DNA of 64,000 nucleotides from Octopus sinensis (Eukaryota). Within the stretch, counting starts at the first letter, position 1, and the number at the start of each line of letters is the position of its first letter. Shown one piece after another: positions 1 to 13,224 of this stretch. Location of the stretch: the NCBI RefSeq assembly GCF_006345805.1, contig NW_021833783.1, positions 1 through 64,000 on the forward strand, read 5' to 3'. The notes under the pieces are model-generated. The model saw only the letters and a list, made by a program, of their open reading frames with translations, ran no database searches and was not told the DNA's origin. The position numbers and the translations under genes are program-made.

Positions 1-499
1 CCCCTTGTAACAAGCAGTGACATACATGTATAGATAAATATGTAGATGTATATACATGCATTCATATGTATACATTTTTATGTATGTCAAGATATCTATG
101 TCGTTTGGCCATCACTAATTTTTCATTTCTATCTAGTGATCTCTCGAACAGTTTTGGATTAACGTTTGGAACTTCGGTTATGTATGAATTTCATTTTATT
201 CACTCAAATACTCACTTTCCTTGTACAGCTGAAATGTTCTGCTTATACATGTAATGTCTATAATGTGTATCTGTCGCCAGTTAGGTATGTACGTACAGTT
301 ACGTGTATTTGCTCTAATCTGTGAATGTATGTTGTAAAGTACTGTACAACCCATGTATGTACCTTGGCAAAATATATCATATTTTTGTTAATTGCTTTAC
401 GGCCTATGTAGTTGCAAACAGACAAAAATAGTTCTGGGCCGCCTTACTTTTGGCCCAGAAGAACATTCAGCTAGTAAAGGTTGGAGCGAAAGCCGACAG

Positions 500-660
500 C
501 ACAAGTGCCGGGCTTATACTCATTACAGCTTAATGGAGTGGAGCAACGTGAAGTTAAATGCCATGATCAAGGAATCCACGCACCTTCCAACCTAGTAATT
601 GAACCCACAGCCATAGAATAACGAACCGGTCATCCCAAACCACTATGTCATACGTCTTCC
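500..660 (-). mobile_element. Degenerate tRNA-derived SINE head (head E type)
   Basis: Reverse complement reads ggaagacgtatgacatagtggtt...gggttcaattac...ttcacgttgctccactcc, matching the A-box/B-box head and ttcacgttgctccagtcc block of better copies (20363-20678, 47780-48021). Confidence 0.45.
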
Positions 661-783
661 AGGTAGATACGAGCGTCCTTGAACCGTTCCTTTAGACCTT
701 TGGAAGAACTGATTCTCACAAAGAATGTCTGCTGGAGAAAAAAGAAAGAATGGAAGAACAGGGCATTATTACCATAATAGTTT

Positions 784-985
784 GAGGCATCGAGCTGGCA
801 GAATCGTTAACGTGCCGGGCAAAATGCTTCGTGGCATTTCGTCCATCTTCACGTTCTGAGTTCAAATTCCACCGAGGTCGACTTTGCCTTCCATCAAGTC
901 GGAATCGATATAAGAAATACCGGTCGAGTATTGGGATCGATGTGATCCCAGAAATTGCTGGCCTTGTACCAACAGTTAAAACCAT
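784..985 (+). mobile_element. Family B-related SINE, diverged
   Basis: gagctggcagaatcgttaacgtgccgggcaaaatgc...gagttcaaattccaccgaggtcgactttgccttccatc matches the family B head. Confidence 0.65.
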
Positions 986-1391
986 TAACACTACAATTGT
1001 AGTAGTAGTAGTAGTAGTATTGAAGATGCTTATTGCTTTTTGGTTGTCTTGTATTAATCCTGATTACAACGTCTTTCATCACAGTTATCTCAACTGTGTC
1101 CACCCGTTTTTGATTTATTTCTATTTATTTTTGTTGTATAACAAGGACTACTTTGTTCAACGTGACCTTTATTGAAAGCAATACTTTGGTTGTAATTTGA
1201 AGGAGATTTGGCTCCTATTTCTGTCAGATCGAGTACTGTCTAGATACTGTTAACAGAAGCAACACCTGTAGTAGTAGTAGTAGTAGTAGTAGGAGGAGGA
1301 GGAGGATTTCCAAACTTATACTCATTATTTTGGGAACAGATACAAGTTAGTATAAGTCAACGGAATAAAGTATTATTATTTATAAAACCAT

Positions 1392-1530
1392 GAAGATGCG
1401 CGACCTAGTGGTTAGGTGGTCGGACTCACAATCGTAAAGCTGTGAGTTTGATTCCAGGGTATAGAGTGTGTTGTGTCCTTGAGCAACGCATTTTATTCCA
1501 TGTTCCAGTCCCCTCGGTTGGAAATGAAGT
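1392..1530 (+). mobile_element. SINE head E fragment
   Basis: gacctagtggttagg (A box), gtgagtttgattcc (B box), tgttgtgtccttgagcaa block. Confidence 0.55.
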
Positions 1531-2142
1531 GCGTCTGTGTCGCCTAGCAAACTATTAAACCTAAAATCTTACAAAGAGAAGGTGCCAACGATTCTTGATG
1601 TTTACTGTATCCTAGTTGTGGTATGGAGCTAACAGGGATGCTCTCTGCTCGAGATAGCAGCTAATTCTCTTTGAAAAATGTCTCTGATAAAAAAAAAATG
1701 GACGGGATGGATACGGCTGCTACACCGTCGGCCAGGTTATATTTCTGCTCAATCAGGGTTTACTCACAGGTGAAAAAACTAAATAGTAATTCATCTCCCA
1801 CCACCATTCATGTGGCAACGAAAGAGCTTCTACGCGGTCGCTTGATTAGCAAGAAAAAGCAACTAAGTATTACCCAAATTACACTTCCACGTCCTTAATT
1901 TTTAGAAAAGGTTACGCTTGATGATTTCCCTGGTTTCCTTGAACGTAGAAATAAAAAGAGGGGAGAGTCAAGGCTGGAATGTCTTTGATCATTGGTTTGC
2001 TTCAGAAGGACTAATGCAGGTATAAACAAGTAAAAATATCAGGCCCACCGCTACTACTGTCTTCACCAAAGAGGAGGAGCAGAAGGGGAAGGAGGAGGAG
2101 GAACAAGTAGTAGTAAAAGAAGAAGAAGAAGAAGGAAGAGAA

Positions 2143-2270
2143 GGTGGTGGTGGTGGTAGAGGAGGAGGAGGAGGAGGAGGAGGAGGAAGAAGAAGAAGAA
2201 GAAGAAGAAGAAGAAGAAGAAGAAGAAGAAGAAGAAGAAGAAGAAGAAGAAGAAGAAGAAGAAGAAGAAG
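2143..2270. repeat. Compound (GGT)(GGA)(GAA)n trinucleotide microsatellite
   Basis: Direct reading; source of the poly-E/poly-L/poly-F ORFs. Confidence 0.97.
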
Positions 2271-2280
2271 ATCATCATTA

Positions 2281-2697
2281 TAGGCACAGGCATGGATGTG
2301 TAGTAAGAAGCTTACTAGCTTACTTCCCAACCACATGAGTCTGGGTTCAGTTCCACTGCGCGGCGCTTTGCGCCAATGTCTTCTACTGCAGCCTCGGTCC
2401 GACGAAAACCTTGTGAGTGGATTTGGTTGATGGAAACTGAAAGAAGCCTGTCGTATATATATGTGTGTGTATGCGTGAGTGTGTATGTGTTTTAGTGCCT
2501 GTGTTTGTTCCCCCATCACCCTTTGACAACCGGTGTTTTTGTGATTACATCCTTGTAATCTAGCAGTTCGAAAAGAGAGACCGATAGAATATAAGTCCTG
2601 TGGTCGATTTGTTTGACTAAAAAAACTTTCAAAGCGATGCTTTAAGCATGGCCGCAGTCAAATGACAAATAAAGTAAATGAATAAAGGATTAAAAGA
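2281..2697 (+). mobile_element. Family A SINE, older variant
   Basis: taggcacagg head, gggttcagttcc B box, gatggaaactgaaagaagcc, central TA/TG run, ggtcgatttg, gcatggccgcagtcaaatgac tail. Confidence 0.8.
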
Positions 2698-2951
2698 ATT
2701 TCAGAGAGAAGACAACGTCATTCCGTGTGGAATTTCAATTCTTTCTGTCAACTGCAATGTCTTGTCATTGCTTTTGATAACCTTATGTAAGAGGTGAGGC
2801 AGCTGTAAACGGAAACCTCTCTGCCGTCTCGGTTCGATTCCTGGTTAAATCTATATCACTTCGCTTATATCACAAATGATCTTAGTTACGGTTTGGATGT
2901 TTTACATCTTGTCACCCGTAAAAAGAAACCAATATTGTTATTATTATTTTT

Positions 2952-3182
2952 AGGCGGCGAGCTGGCAGACACGTTAGCACGCCGGGCGAAATGCTTAGCG
3001 GTATTTCGTCTGCCGTTACGTTCTGAGTTCAAATTCCGCCGAGGTCGACTTTGCCTTTCATCCTTTCGGGGTCGATAAATTAAGTACCAGTTTCGCACTG
3101 GGGTCGATGTAATCGACTTAATCCCTTTGTCTGTCCTTGTTTGTCCCCTCTGTGTTTAGCCCCTTGTGGGTAGTAAACAAAT
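2952..3182 (+). mobile_element. Family B SINE, full length
   Basis: ggcggcgagctggcag...gagttcaaattccgccg tRNA-like head; ggggtcgat motifs; ends ccccttgtgggtagtaaa; near-identical to copies at 31771, 32250, 61169. Confidence 0.92.
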
Positions 3183-3187
3183 AAATA

Positions 3188-3228
<41 letters not shown>

Positions 3229-3339
3229 AGCAGTTAGCAAATTCCACCGAGGTCAACTTTGCTTTTCATCCTTTCGTGAGTCGATAAAATAAGACTGCTG
3301 GCCTTGTGCCACAATTTAAAACCGCTACTAACAGCAGTT

Positions 3340-4130
3340 AGCGGTGGTTGCGATAAAGACCAAGTGTGGCAATAATGGTGGCAGTGGTTAATTATCATCT
3401 TGGTGATGGAGGTAGGAATTTTTGTAGCAGTAATGGTAGTAGTGGTAGTTACGGCAATGGGTGTATCAATAGCAGAGACGGTTGCAGTGACGGTTGCGGC
3501 TGTGGAGCTGTTAGTGACGGTGATGGTATTGGTGGTTGTTGTTATCGATGTCTTAGAAGGAGTGACCGTTGTTGGAATTGTAATTGTGGGGGTGTTCGTA
3601 AGTGGTTGTGGGGGAAATGAGGTATTTGTAGCTCAAATAGTGACAGTGATGGTAGTGATGGTGGTGAGAGTGGCCGAAGTGTTACAAAAACTGTTGGTAG
3701 TGCTGGTGGTTGTTGTTGTGGTGGTGACGGTCACACCAGGAGCGCTAATTGTAATGGTGGTAATCGTCGTAGAAGAGGTGTCAATAGTAGTGTTGGTTGC
3801 AGTGGCAGTAGTAGTACTGAAAGTGCTGCTAGAAGTATTGATATTAGTGATGGTAGCTCTCGGAGAAGAGATGTTTAATACTAGTATAGTGAGGTGGAGT
3901 TTGTGACTGTGGAGGTGTTAGTATCGCTGATGGCAGTAGTGGCTGTACTGTTAGTGACCAACACCTTAGTAACACCGTGACATTAGTTATAGAACCGTCG
4001 TAAACAGTAGAGTAGTTCTCAATAGCACTGGTACCATTCTTATGAGTGGTAATAGACGTTACAGCACAAGTGCTGGTAGTGGTTGTAATAGTTATGTTAA
4101 TAGTCCTTTAAGACGAATGATAATTATTTG
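3340..4130. repeat. Decayed triplet-phase low-complexity tract (GTG/GTA/GAT on + strand)
   Basis: Strong 3-nt periodicity; Val-rich ORF on +, Thr/Ser-rich reading on - with a stop and frameshifts. Confidence 0.7.
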
Positions 4131-6952
4131 GGAGTGGGACATCGATGCTGCAGTAATTATTGTCATCGTTGGTCTTTTGACTAAAGACAAGCCCGATTGA
4201 GCAATTTATGATCAGGGATAAACCATCCATGACTATCACGCCTGAGTATTATTTCACCCAATGTGTCCTTTTTTTAATTTTAAGATAAGTAAGGTATAAT
4301 TTGGGGGAAATGTGGTTTAGTTTAGAGTAGATATAAGTACGATTGGGCGAAGCTGAGCCTTTTGTTGTTGGTGTTGTTGTTGTTGTTGCTATTGTTGTAG
4401 CTGTTGGTGGTGGTGGTGGTGGTGGTGGTGGTGGTCGTCGTCGTCGTCGTTGTCGTTGTCGTCGTCGCCGTGGCAGTATGGCGGCTGCGGCATTAGTAGT
4501 AGTAGTAGTAGTAGTAGTAGTGATAGTAGTAGGGAATGAGGAAGAATGTGGGGATTGAAGTTGTAGTAATCAAGTCCCAGATCAGTCTCAATCGTGAAGA
4601 ACTATGACCCCAAACGCATCCCAGCCGTGACCATCCCATCTTCCCCCTCCCTCCCCACCAATACGCGGAAAGCCCAGAACAACATCATCGACCGAGCCCT
4701 TTTCTTGATCAATTGGTGTGTATGTGTACGTTTATGTGTGTGAGCGAGTGATTTGAGGGATATGTGGCTATTATATCTAGCAGATAGAACTACAAAGTGA
4801 CTCGTTGTAGATTCTATAGGAAGTATGGGTGGTAGTTGTGGTCATGGAAGTGACAGTCGCAGAATTGGTGGAAGGAGAATGTTGCTGCTAGTTTATATTA
4901 ATAACGCAACAGTTGGTGTTTTAGCCCCCGGTCAGCTTCAAATGAGCAGACCTCTGAGCAGCAAAAAGTATTCCTGCCGTAATGATCCAGTTGTGGTGAA
5001 TGTAGTGATGACGGTGACGCTGGTGTTAGTGCTTATAGCAGAAGACGAACGATATTGGTAAATATTTGTATGGGGTGGTGGCTGAGATGGGGAGGCAGCA
5101 GGGACCTTGGCGAGTGATCGTGGTGGTGGTGGTGGTAGCAGTGGGGTCGTTTGCGACGACGATGATGAGGATGATTATGATGACGATGATGATGATCATC
5201 ATCATGGTGGGTATAGTAAGAATTGTGATTGTGGTCAAAGTGGATTTGGGGGAATTTGGTAATCGTGCGAGGGTAGTAAAGGTGATGGAAGTGATTGTGG
5301 CAGCGATGGTAATGCTTGCAGGATGGTGATGATGAAGTTGTTGGCGATGATGGTGTTAAGAGAGATAGAAGTAGTAGAAGTGGTGGTGGTGGTGGTGGTA
5401 GTAGTGTCGGTGGCGATGTTAGCGATGGAAGAAGGTTGCGACATGTGGTTGTTATCATTATTGTTGTTTAACCCTAGGTAAGCTTTCATCGAGCAAGTCT
5501 ATTATCAAAGAGTATACAACCATGACTATCCCAACTTTATGTCTATCGAGGATGTCAATGGTTAATGAACTGTCATTTTCAAGTAGCTGGGTTTCGTGGT
5601 AGCTTAAACAACGGAATAGGGTACGTCATTGTAATGATACTGGAAGTGGTAATGATGGTGGTGGTAGTGGTGGTGGTGGTGGTGGTGGTATGGTGGTGAT
5701 AGTATCAGTGCTAGTTGTGATAGCAATGAAGGTGATAGCTTGTTTCGTTGGCAGGGGCCCGAAGAGTTACTGATGGTGGTGGTTGTGGTGGTGATGGCTT
5801 CTGTTAATGGAGGTTGTGATTGTGACAACAGTGATGGAGATGGTGGCTTTGTAGAGAACGTTTCTATGGCAGCTGGTTACCATTTCTGCATTAACTTCTG
5901 ATCAAGTAGTCCTCTAACAAAAACATGTTCACCTTGACCACATCGTCTAACCTTGACTATCTCATCAAGGACCACATGATCCAATGTGTCCTTGATTTTA
6001 TTTTTTTATTTTTTTTGTCAAGTCAGTAGAGCGTTTGTTGAGAGAGACCTGACTGCTATTTCCAGCCTGTCAACTGAACTCAAAGAAGCCCTCTGTTAAC
6101 TGATGAAGATAGCTTGAAATGGTGATGATGACGACATTACGTCCGTCTTTTTGAGCACTCAACTCCTGTCGTCTTTTAAGGGTGTTACCGTAACATGTAA
6201 CGTATCTCAGGTATCTAAACCCTGCTCTGCCCATTCCACCTATAGACAGCAGTCTATTTCTTACAGAGAGAGAGGGGGGAGTGAGAGAGAGAGAGAAAGA
6301 GAGTGATGACAGAAAGAGAGAGACAGCGAGAGAAAAGTGAGACAGTGAGAGATACCGAGGGAGAAATACTGAAAGAGAGAGAGAGACTGAGAGATAGATA
6401 AGGATAGAGACAGAGAGAGAGAGAGAAGGGAAGAGAGCAAATAGACAGCAGTAAAAGTCGAAGTTGATCGAAGCAGGATTTGAACCCAGAGTGCTGAGAA
6501 TCGAAACCTATACAGTAAGGTATTTATCTGGAGCTGTCAACGCACCGTCAGGATAGAACTGCTGGGGAATTTTGTGGGTGGTGGTGGTGGTGATGGTGGT
6601 GGTGGTGGTGGTGCTAGAACTACTGGGTAACCTCGCAATAACTTGTGGTGGGGGTGGGTGATGATGATGATGATGATGGAGCGGATGAAGGTGGTGATAA
6701 TGGTGGGGATTGCGGTGATGAAAGAACAACGGGGGATTCTTTTGATAATTTGTGATGAAGATGTTGATACAACGTTGGCGGTTGTAATAGTGGTGATATT
6801 ATTGTCCTTAAAAGTAAAATTGTTGTCGGTGGTGGTGGTGATGGTGGTGGTGACAGCAATGTCGGTGGCAGCATTGATGAAACTGGTTCTGATAATAGTG
6901 ATAACGGTGGAGATATAATGATGGTTGTGGTAATGGAAATATCATCGTTAAA

Positions 6953-7120
6953 GCGGCGGCGAGCTAGTAGAATTGTTAGCACGTCGGGCAAAGTATTTAG
7001 CGGCATTTCGTTCGTCTGTCTTAATGTTCTGAGTTCGAATTCCGCCGAGGTCGACTTCGCTTTTCATTCTTTCGGAGTCAATGTAATTGAACTACCTCTG
7101 ACCTAAAATTGCTGGCCTTG
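6953..7120 (+). mobile_element. Family B-related SINE, diverged
   Basis: gcggcggcgagctagtagaattgttagcacgtcgggc...gagttcgaattccgccgaggtcgacttcgc. Confidence 0.7.
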
Positions 7121-7434
7121 TGTCGTTGATGATTAAGCTCAGGTCAGCTCTAATCTATCATCATTCACATTCCAGCCGTGAACATCCCATCATTTATACT
7201 GACAGTATGGCACAATTTAAAAGAAATTTGGCTGCTATTTTTAGTAGGCGAATATCTATGTAGAACACCTACTTTGGCTAGTAGTACTGTCGTCATTGCT
7301 TTAGTTGTTTAAACCAAAGTCACGCTGATAGAAAGAGACTATATTTGAAGCTATTCAAGCTTTATTTCACGTTTCCCTTCCTTAAGCATCAAGATATGGA
7401 TTTGACTGCTATTTCTATTTCTAGCAAGCAGGTC

Positions 7435-7592
7435 GGTGGTGGTGGTGGTGGTGGTGATGATGATGGTGGTGGTGGTGGTGGTGGTGGTGGTGGTGGTGGT
7501 GGTGGTGGTGTGGTGGTGGTTGGTGGTGGTGGTGGTGGTGGTGGTGGTGGTGGTGGTGGTGGTGGTGGTGGTGGTGGTTGTGGTGGTGGTGG
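7435..7592. repeat. (GGT)n microsatellite
   Basis: Direct reading. Confidence 0.97.
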
Positions 7593-8824
7593 CGGGCGGC
7601 GGCGGTCGTCGTCTTCCTCGTGATATTCGTGCTGGTAGTGTGCGTATGTGACGATTAGCGATCAAAAACGAACGAAAGGGTTACGAATGTTGGCGTCGTC
7701 ATCTCTTTCACTGATATCACAGATTAGATTAGTGAATAGGCGAAAGTCTCATGATGAAACCGAGAGGAATTTGACAATTTGCTACTGATCCAATGCTCAT
7801 CCAAAAATCTGATCCAATCACCGATTGAACAGGTTGCTCTTTATCGAACACCATCATATCGAAAGAAACCTGTATGGGTTCCGTTGCATGCGGAAAACTG
7901 TTTGCTCGCGTAAATATTTATTTACATGGTTATAAATAAACAAGCGGACCATAAATGAGCCTGTATGTGGAAATAGCAGCCAATTGCTTCTTAAATCTTT
8001 CTCACGCTGCTCTCATATAAAGTAGTCCTGCATTATCCTAAAACGAGGAGATGGTCGTAGCTGGAATGGGTTTGATCAAGGTTGACTTTGGGCTAAACAA
8101 CAGCAACAGATAATCACATATAACCAGATTTCAGTTCTCTCTCTCACACACACACAAACACACACACACACACACACACATGTTCGCTGTGTGTGTGTGT
8201 ATGTGTGTGTGTGAGACAGAGAATGTGTGTGTGTGTGATGTGAAAGAGACAATGTAGCCGTGTATTCGTTTGTTATTCATCTCTCACTATTTATATTTTT
8301 CTAACTACAAGTCCAAAAGTGAAAGTAAAAGCGTATATGTTTTTCAAATAGCATTCTTTTTTGCAATCCGCTGACTAAGTATGTATAACAGACACATAAT
8401 TACACCCCACCCACACACACACACACACACACACGGACACACACACACACGCAAACACGCACGTGCTCGCACATACATACACACACATATTGATGCCGTT
8501 GAGGCTGCGATTTGTTTTTTTTTTTTTTTATTATTCCGTTTATAGTAGTGTTTTTCTATCTTTTGACGATCTACAAACCTGTCCACTCTATCTTAGTCTC
8601 TCCCTTAACACCAACACCACGAACACCACCGTCACCCACCACCACCACTACAAAAAACAACAACAACACCTCTTTGCACACTTTTACAACCTCCTCCACT
8701 CACCTTTTCTCACTCTCATTTTTTTTTTGTTTCTTTCTCTCTCTCTCCACGCGTTTATCTATGAATATCTCTAATCAAATATTCATTAACCGAGGTCGTA
8801 CTCATTTGTACAGACTTGAAAAAA

Positions 8825-8868
8825 TACATACATGCATACATACATACATGCATACATACATACATACA

Positions 8869-8902
<34 letters not shown>

Positions 8903-9275
8903 CATACATGCATACATACATGCATACATACATGCATACATACATACATACATTACATACATACATACACACACATACACACGCATATATATAGATACAT
9001 ACATACATACATACATACATACATTACATGCATACATACATACATACGTACATACATGCATACATATATGCCTACATACATACATACATACTACATACAT
9101 AATACATACATGCATACATACATATATACATACACACATACATACATACATACATACATGCATACACATACTACATTACTACATACATACATACATACAT
9201 GCATACATACATATATACATACACACATACCAATAATACATACATACATGCATGCATACACACACACTCACATAA

Positions 9276-9307
<32 letters not shown>

Positions 9308-9470
9308 CATACATGCATGCATGCATACATACATACATACATACTACATACATACATGCATACATACATATATACATACACACATACATACATACATACA
9401 TACATACATGCATGCATACACACACACTCACATACATACATACATACATACATACATACATACATACATA
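8825..9470. repeat. Long (TACA)n/(TGCA) tetranucleotide array with internal higher-order duplication
   Basis: Direct reading; variant blocks at about 9090-9165 recur at about 9340-9420. Confidence 0.95.
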
Positions 9471-9997
9471 CAAAGCACGTGTATTCATAATTGTTGCTTG
9501 TTAATTATTAATTTGGGTAACATGTTCTTTCAGAAATCCGTTTTCAAGTTCACGTGAAGCACGAGTGCATATACATATTTATGTGTGTGTGTGTGTATTT
9601 ATATATATATATACACATATACATATAAATGTGTGTGACACATGCATACACACACATATATATATATATGTAAGCACACTCATGCACACACATATATATA
9701 TGTGTGCGAGTGTATGTATGTATGTATGTATGTATGTATGTATGTATGTATGTATGTATGCATGTATGTATGTATGTATGTATGTATGTATGTATGTATG
9801 TATGTATGGACGTGTGTGTGTGAGCTTATGTATATATTAGTATATATGTGTGAGTATGTAAGAGTATTGAAAACATGTAAATAAAGTTTACGTTGAAAAA
9901 TTGTTTTTTTTTTGCTAGCCTGTTCCTTCATATTGTTGCGAGTTCCTTCATATTGTTGTCACCTGAACGTATGTGAGCGATGCCGTGAATCATCAGC

Positions 9998-10035
<38 letters not shown>

Positions 10036-10219
10036 ACATATATACATACCTACATAAATGCATACGGATACAGGTGTGTATGTAGAGAGTGGGGGAAGAA
10101 GATAGAGAAGAAATGACATTCGATGCAGTTGTATATGTATATATATAAATATATATATATATATACACACATATATATATATATATACACCTATGTGTAT
10201 ATACATATATATACCTATG

Positions 10220-10284
<65 letters not shown>

Positions 10285-10817
10285 CATGCATACAAATTGT
10301 TAAAATCTTAATAATGTGTATTGTATATGTATTTATGTATACATGCTCATGTGTGTGTGTGTGTGTGTGTGGTGTGTGTGTGTGTGTGATGAATATTTAT
10401 GCAAGTACTGCAATTAATGCGATTACATTTTAATGTAATTGAGTAACAATAAGACAACAATAGCAATAAATTGTGCTGTTCAGAAAATAAAATGAAAAAA
10501 AACGAAACAATGCCAACAAGACAACAGCGACAGAGTGAATAAACTTATATAATGCTACCTACCATAGTTGTTGCATCGTCTACCTTGTGACTTGGACATC
10601 ACACGCTCTCCGTATAACCCCTAAATGCTTCTTTCTTTCATTTCTCCTCCTTTCTCTTCTCTCTGCGGGAAGAAGCGGAGGCAAATAAGTAGCAGCTGGA
10701 GGGCTTCTTGTTCATCATTTATTGTTTTTCTTTGTTCTATTTTCTTTTTTCATTCTTTTTTCTTTCTTTTTTTTTTGTTATTTTTTTGTTTGTTTTTAGA
10801 GGTTTTGTTTCGTTTAG

Positions 10818-10950
10818 CGGGGGGTGTTTCAACGCCATGCCATTGTCGTCGTATCTCTCCGACCCTGTCCGATATAGTTCCGGTCAGTTTCGGTCCTGTC
10901 CGGCTTCGCTCAACTCCGACAATTCACTGCCGGTGTCGTCTGCTTCGTGA
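10818..10950. other. Candidate terminal exon of an unidentified host gene (strand unresolved)
   Basis: GC-rich unique island. On +: long pyrimidine tract and AG at 10816-17, open frame GGCFNAMPLSSYLSDPVRYSSGQFRSCPASLNSDNSLPVSSAS-stop at 10948-50. On -: pyrimidine tract and CAG, then DTGSELSELSEAGQDRN-stop. Confidence 0.3.
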
Positions 10951-11618
10951 AAATAAAACAACAAACAAGCAAAAAAATCGCTGACAGCTTACTTCTTCTC
11001 CTCCGCCTCCTACATCTCCTTCCACCTAACTCCTACTTCTTCATGTTATTCTTCTCCCACTTCCACCTCCTACTCATCTCCTACTTCCTTCTTTTCCTCG
11101 TGCAGCTCTTCATCTTTCTCTACTGTTGCTGCATCTGTTGCTGCTGTTTAGATATTACTTTCTTGATGCTGCTGTTGGCGCTGCTTTTGCTGCTGCTGCT
11201 CTTGCTACTGCTGTTGCTGCTGCTACTGCTGTGTTATCAACTATACCGCTGTTGTTATTCCTGCTAGTGTTGCTGTAATAATGCTGTTGAGTCTGTAGTA
11301 TTTCTAGGTTTTTATGCACACTGCTGCTTCTATCATTGTTAGACTTGATGATGGTGTTGCTGCTAGAGTTAAAGCTCCTGCTGTTGATGTCTCTGCTGAA
11401 GCTATTTCCACTATCAAAGTTGCTGCTGCTGTCTTTGATGATGCTGCTGCTGGTGTATCTTCTATCATCATCGTTCGGTGATATTGAAGTTTGGCCCCAG
11501 GTGGTGAAAGGTTTCCAAACGTGACCATATTTTTCTTTGCCAGCAGAGTTTATCTACAACAATATTAGCCACTGTAGACTTAAAGATATGTAAGTGTAAA
11601 AAAATGTAGATATGTACA

Positions 11619-12029
11619 TAGGCGCAGGAGTCGCTGTGTGGTAAGTAGCTTACTTACCAACCACATGGTTCTGGGTTCAGTCCCACTGCGTGGCATCTTG
11701 GGCAAGTGTCTTCTGCTATAGCTCCGGGCCGACCAATGCCTTGGTAGACGGAAACTGAAAGAAGCCTGTCGTATATATGTATATATATATGTATGTGTTG
11801 TGTGTATATGTTTGTGTGTCTGTGTTTGTCCCTCTAGCATTGCTTGACAACCGATGCTGGTGTGTTTACGTCCCCGTCACTTAGCGGTTCGGCAAAAGAG
11901 ACCGATAGAATAAGTACTGGGCTTACAAAGAATAAGTCCCGGGGTCGATTTGCTCGACTAAAGGCGGTGCTCCAGCATGGCCGCAATCAAATGACTGAAG
12001 CAAGTAAAAGAGTAAAAGAGTAAGAGAGT
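11619..12029 (+). mobile_element. Family A SINE, full length
   Basis: taggcgcaggagtcgctgtgtggtaag A box, gggttcagtccc B box, central (TA)(TG) microsatellite, (GTAAAAGA)n-type tail. Confidence 0.93.
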
Positions 12030-12487
12030 ATGTAGAAGTATGAATGCGAAAATGTATAGATGAGTATTTTGCAATTGTGTACACGTGAACGTGTATGCAT
12101 GTGTGGATATGTGGTAGTACAGATGTAAAAAAAACAGTTGTGCACATTTGTAGGTGTGTGAAAATACGTGTGTGATATGTAGATGTGTGAATCTACAGCT
12201 GCGTAATTTTATGAGTGTGGATGATAGTTGAGTGTGTAATATAGGTGTGTAATTGTACATGTAGACACGAATAGACGTGTAGATGTATAGATGTGTCTAA
12301 ATATAGATAATATGTATCTGTACTTACACACACATATGTGCGGGTGTGTGTGTGTGTGTGATTGTACGTAAATGTATATGGTTCAATGACTAAATTTACA
12401 TGTGTGAAGTAGATCGGAATTGAGCTGATGTATAACTATATAAATATATAGGTATACAAATGCTAAAATGTGCTTATGTATATATAT

Positions 12488-12582
12488 GCGTGGCGCCCTG
12501 GGCAAGTGTCTCCTACTATAGCTTCAGGCCGACCAAAGCCTTGTGAGTGGATTTGGTAGACGGAAACTGAAAGAAGACCGTC

Positions 12583-12636
<54 letters not shown>

Positions 12637-12879
12637 GTGTGTGTGTATATGTTTCTGTGTCTGTGCTTGTCCCCCCCACCAACATCGCTTCACAACCGAT
12701 GCTGGTGTGTTTACGTCCCCTTAACTTAGCGGTTCGGCAAAAGAGACGATAGAATAAGTACTAGGCTTGCAAAGAATAAGTTCTAGGGTAGATTTGCTCG
12801 ACTAAAGGCGCTGCTCCAGCATGGCTACAGTCAAATGACTGAAACAAGTAAAAGAGTAAAGAATAAAGAGTATATATAT

Positions 12880-12913
<34 letters not shown>

Positions 12914-13164
12914 ATATATATATATATATGTATGTGTTGTGTATATGTTTCTGTGTCTGTGCTTGTCCCCCCCACCAACATCGCTTCACAACCGATGCTG
13001 GTGTGTTTACGTCCCTTAACTTAGCGGTTCGGCAAAAGAGACGATAGAATAAGTACTAGGCTTGCAAAGAATAAGTTCTAGGGTAGATTTGCTCGACTAA
13101 AGGCGCTGCTCCAGCATGGCTACAGTCAAATGACTGAAACAAGTAAAAGAGTAAAGAATAAAGA

Positions 13165-13166
<2 letters not shown>
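12488..13166 (+). mobile_element. 5'-truncated family A SINE plus tandem duplicate of its 3' half
   Basis: 12630-12870 and 12928-13166 share private variants (aagttctagggtagatttg, ggcgctgctcc, ggctacagtc). Confidence 0.9.
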
Positions 13167-13220
<54 letters not shown>

Positions 13221-13224
13221 ACAA

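Noticed and set aside
3400-3906. 168-aa Val-rich ORF as a membrane protein
   Set aside because: It is the antisense reading of a decayed triplet tract; no domain or splice context.
6100-6120. CTGATGA...GAAA as a hammerhead
   Set aside because: No stem I or III and no UH site can be formed; expected by chance.
7435-7592. (GGT)n as telomeric or G-quadruplex element
   Set aside because: Not TTAGGG; a simple triplet microsatellite like many others in the window.
7740-7970. Cluster of TGATCCAAT and CATAAA/TTTAT motifs as an enhancer
   Set aside because: Short AT-rich motifs are expected by chance; cannot be supported without conservation or chromatin data.
9922-9958. 17-bp direct repeat with 20-bp period (a similar short duplication lies at about 27755-27815)
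   Set aside because: Ordinary slippage-type micro-duplications with no further structure.
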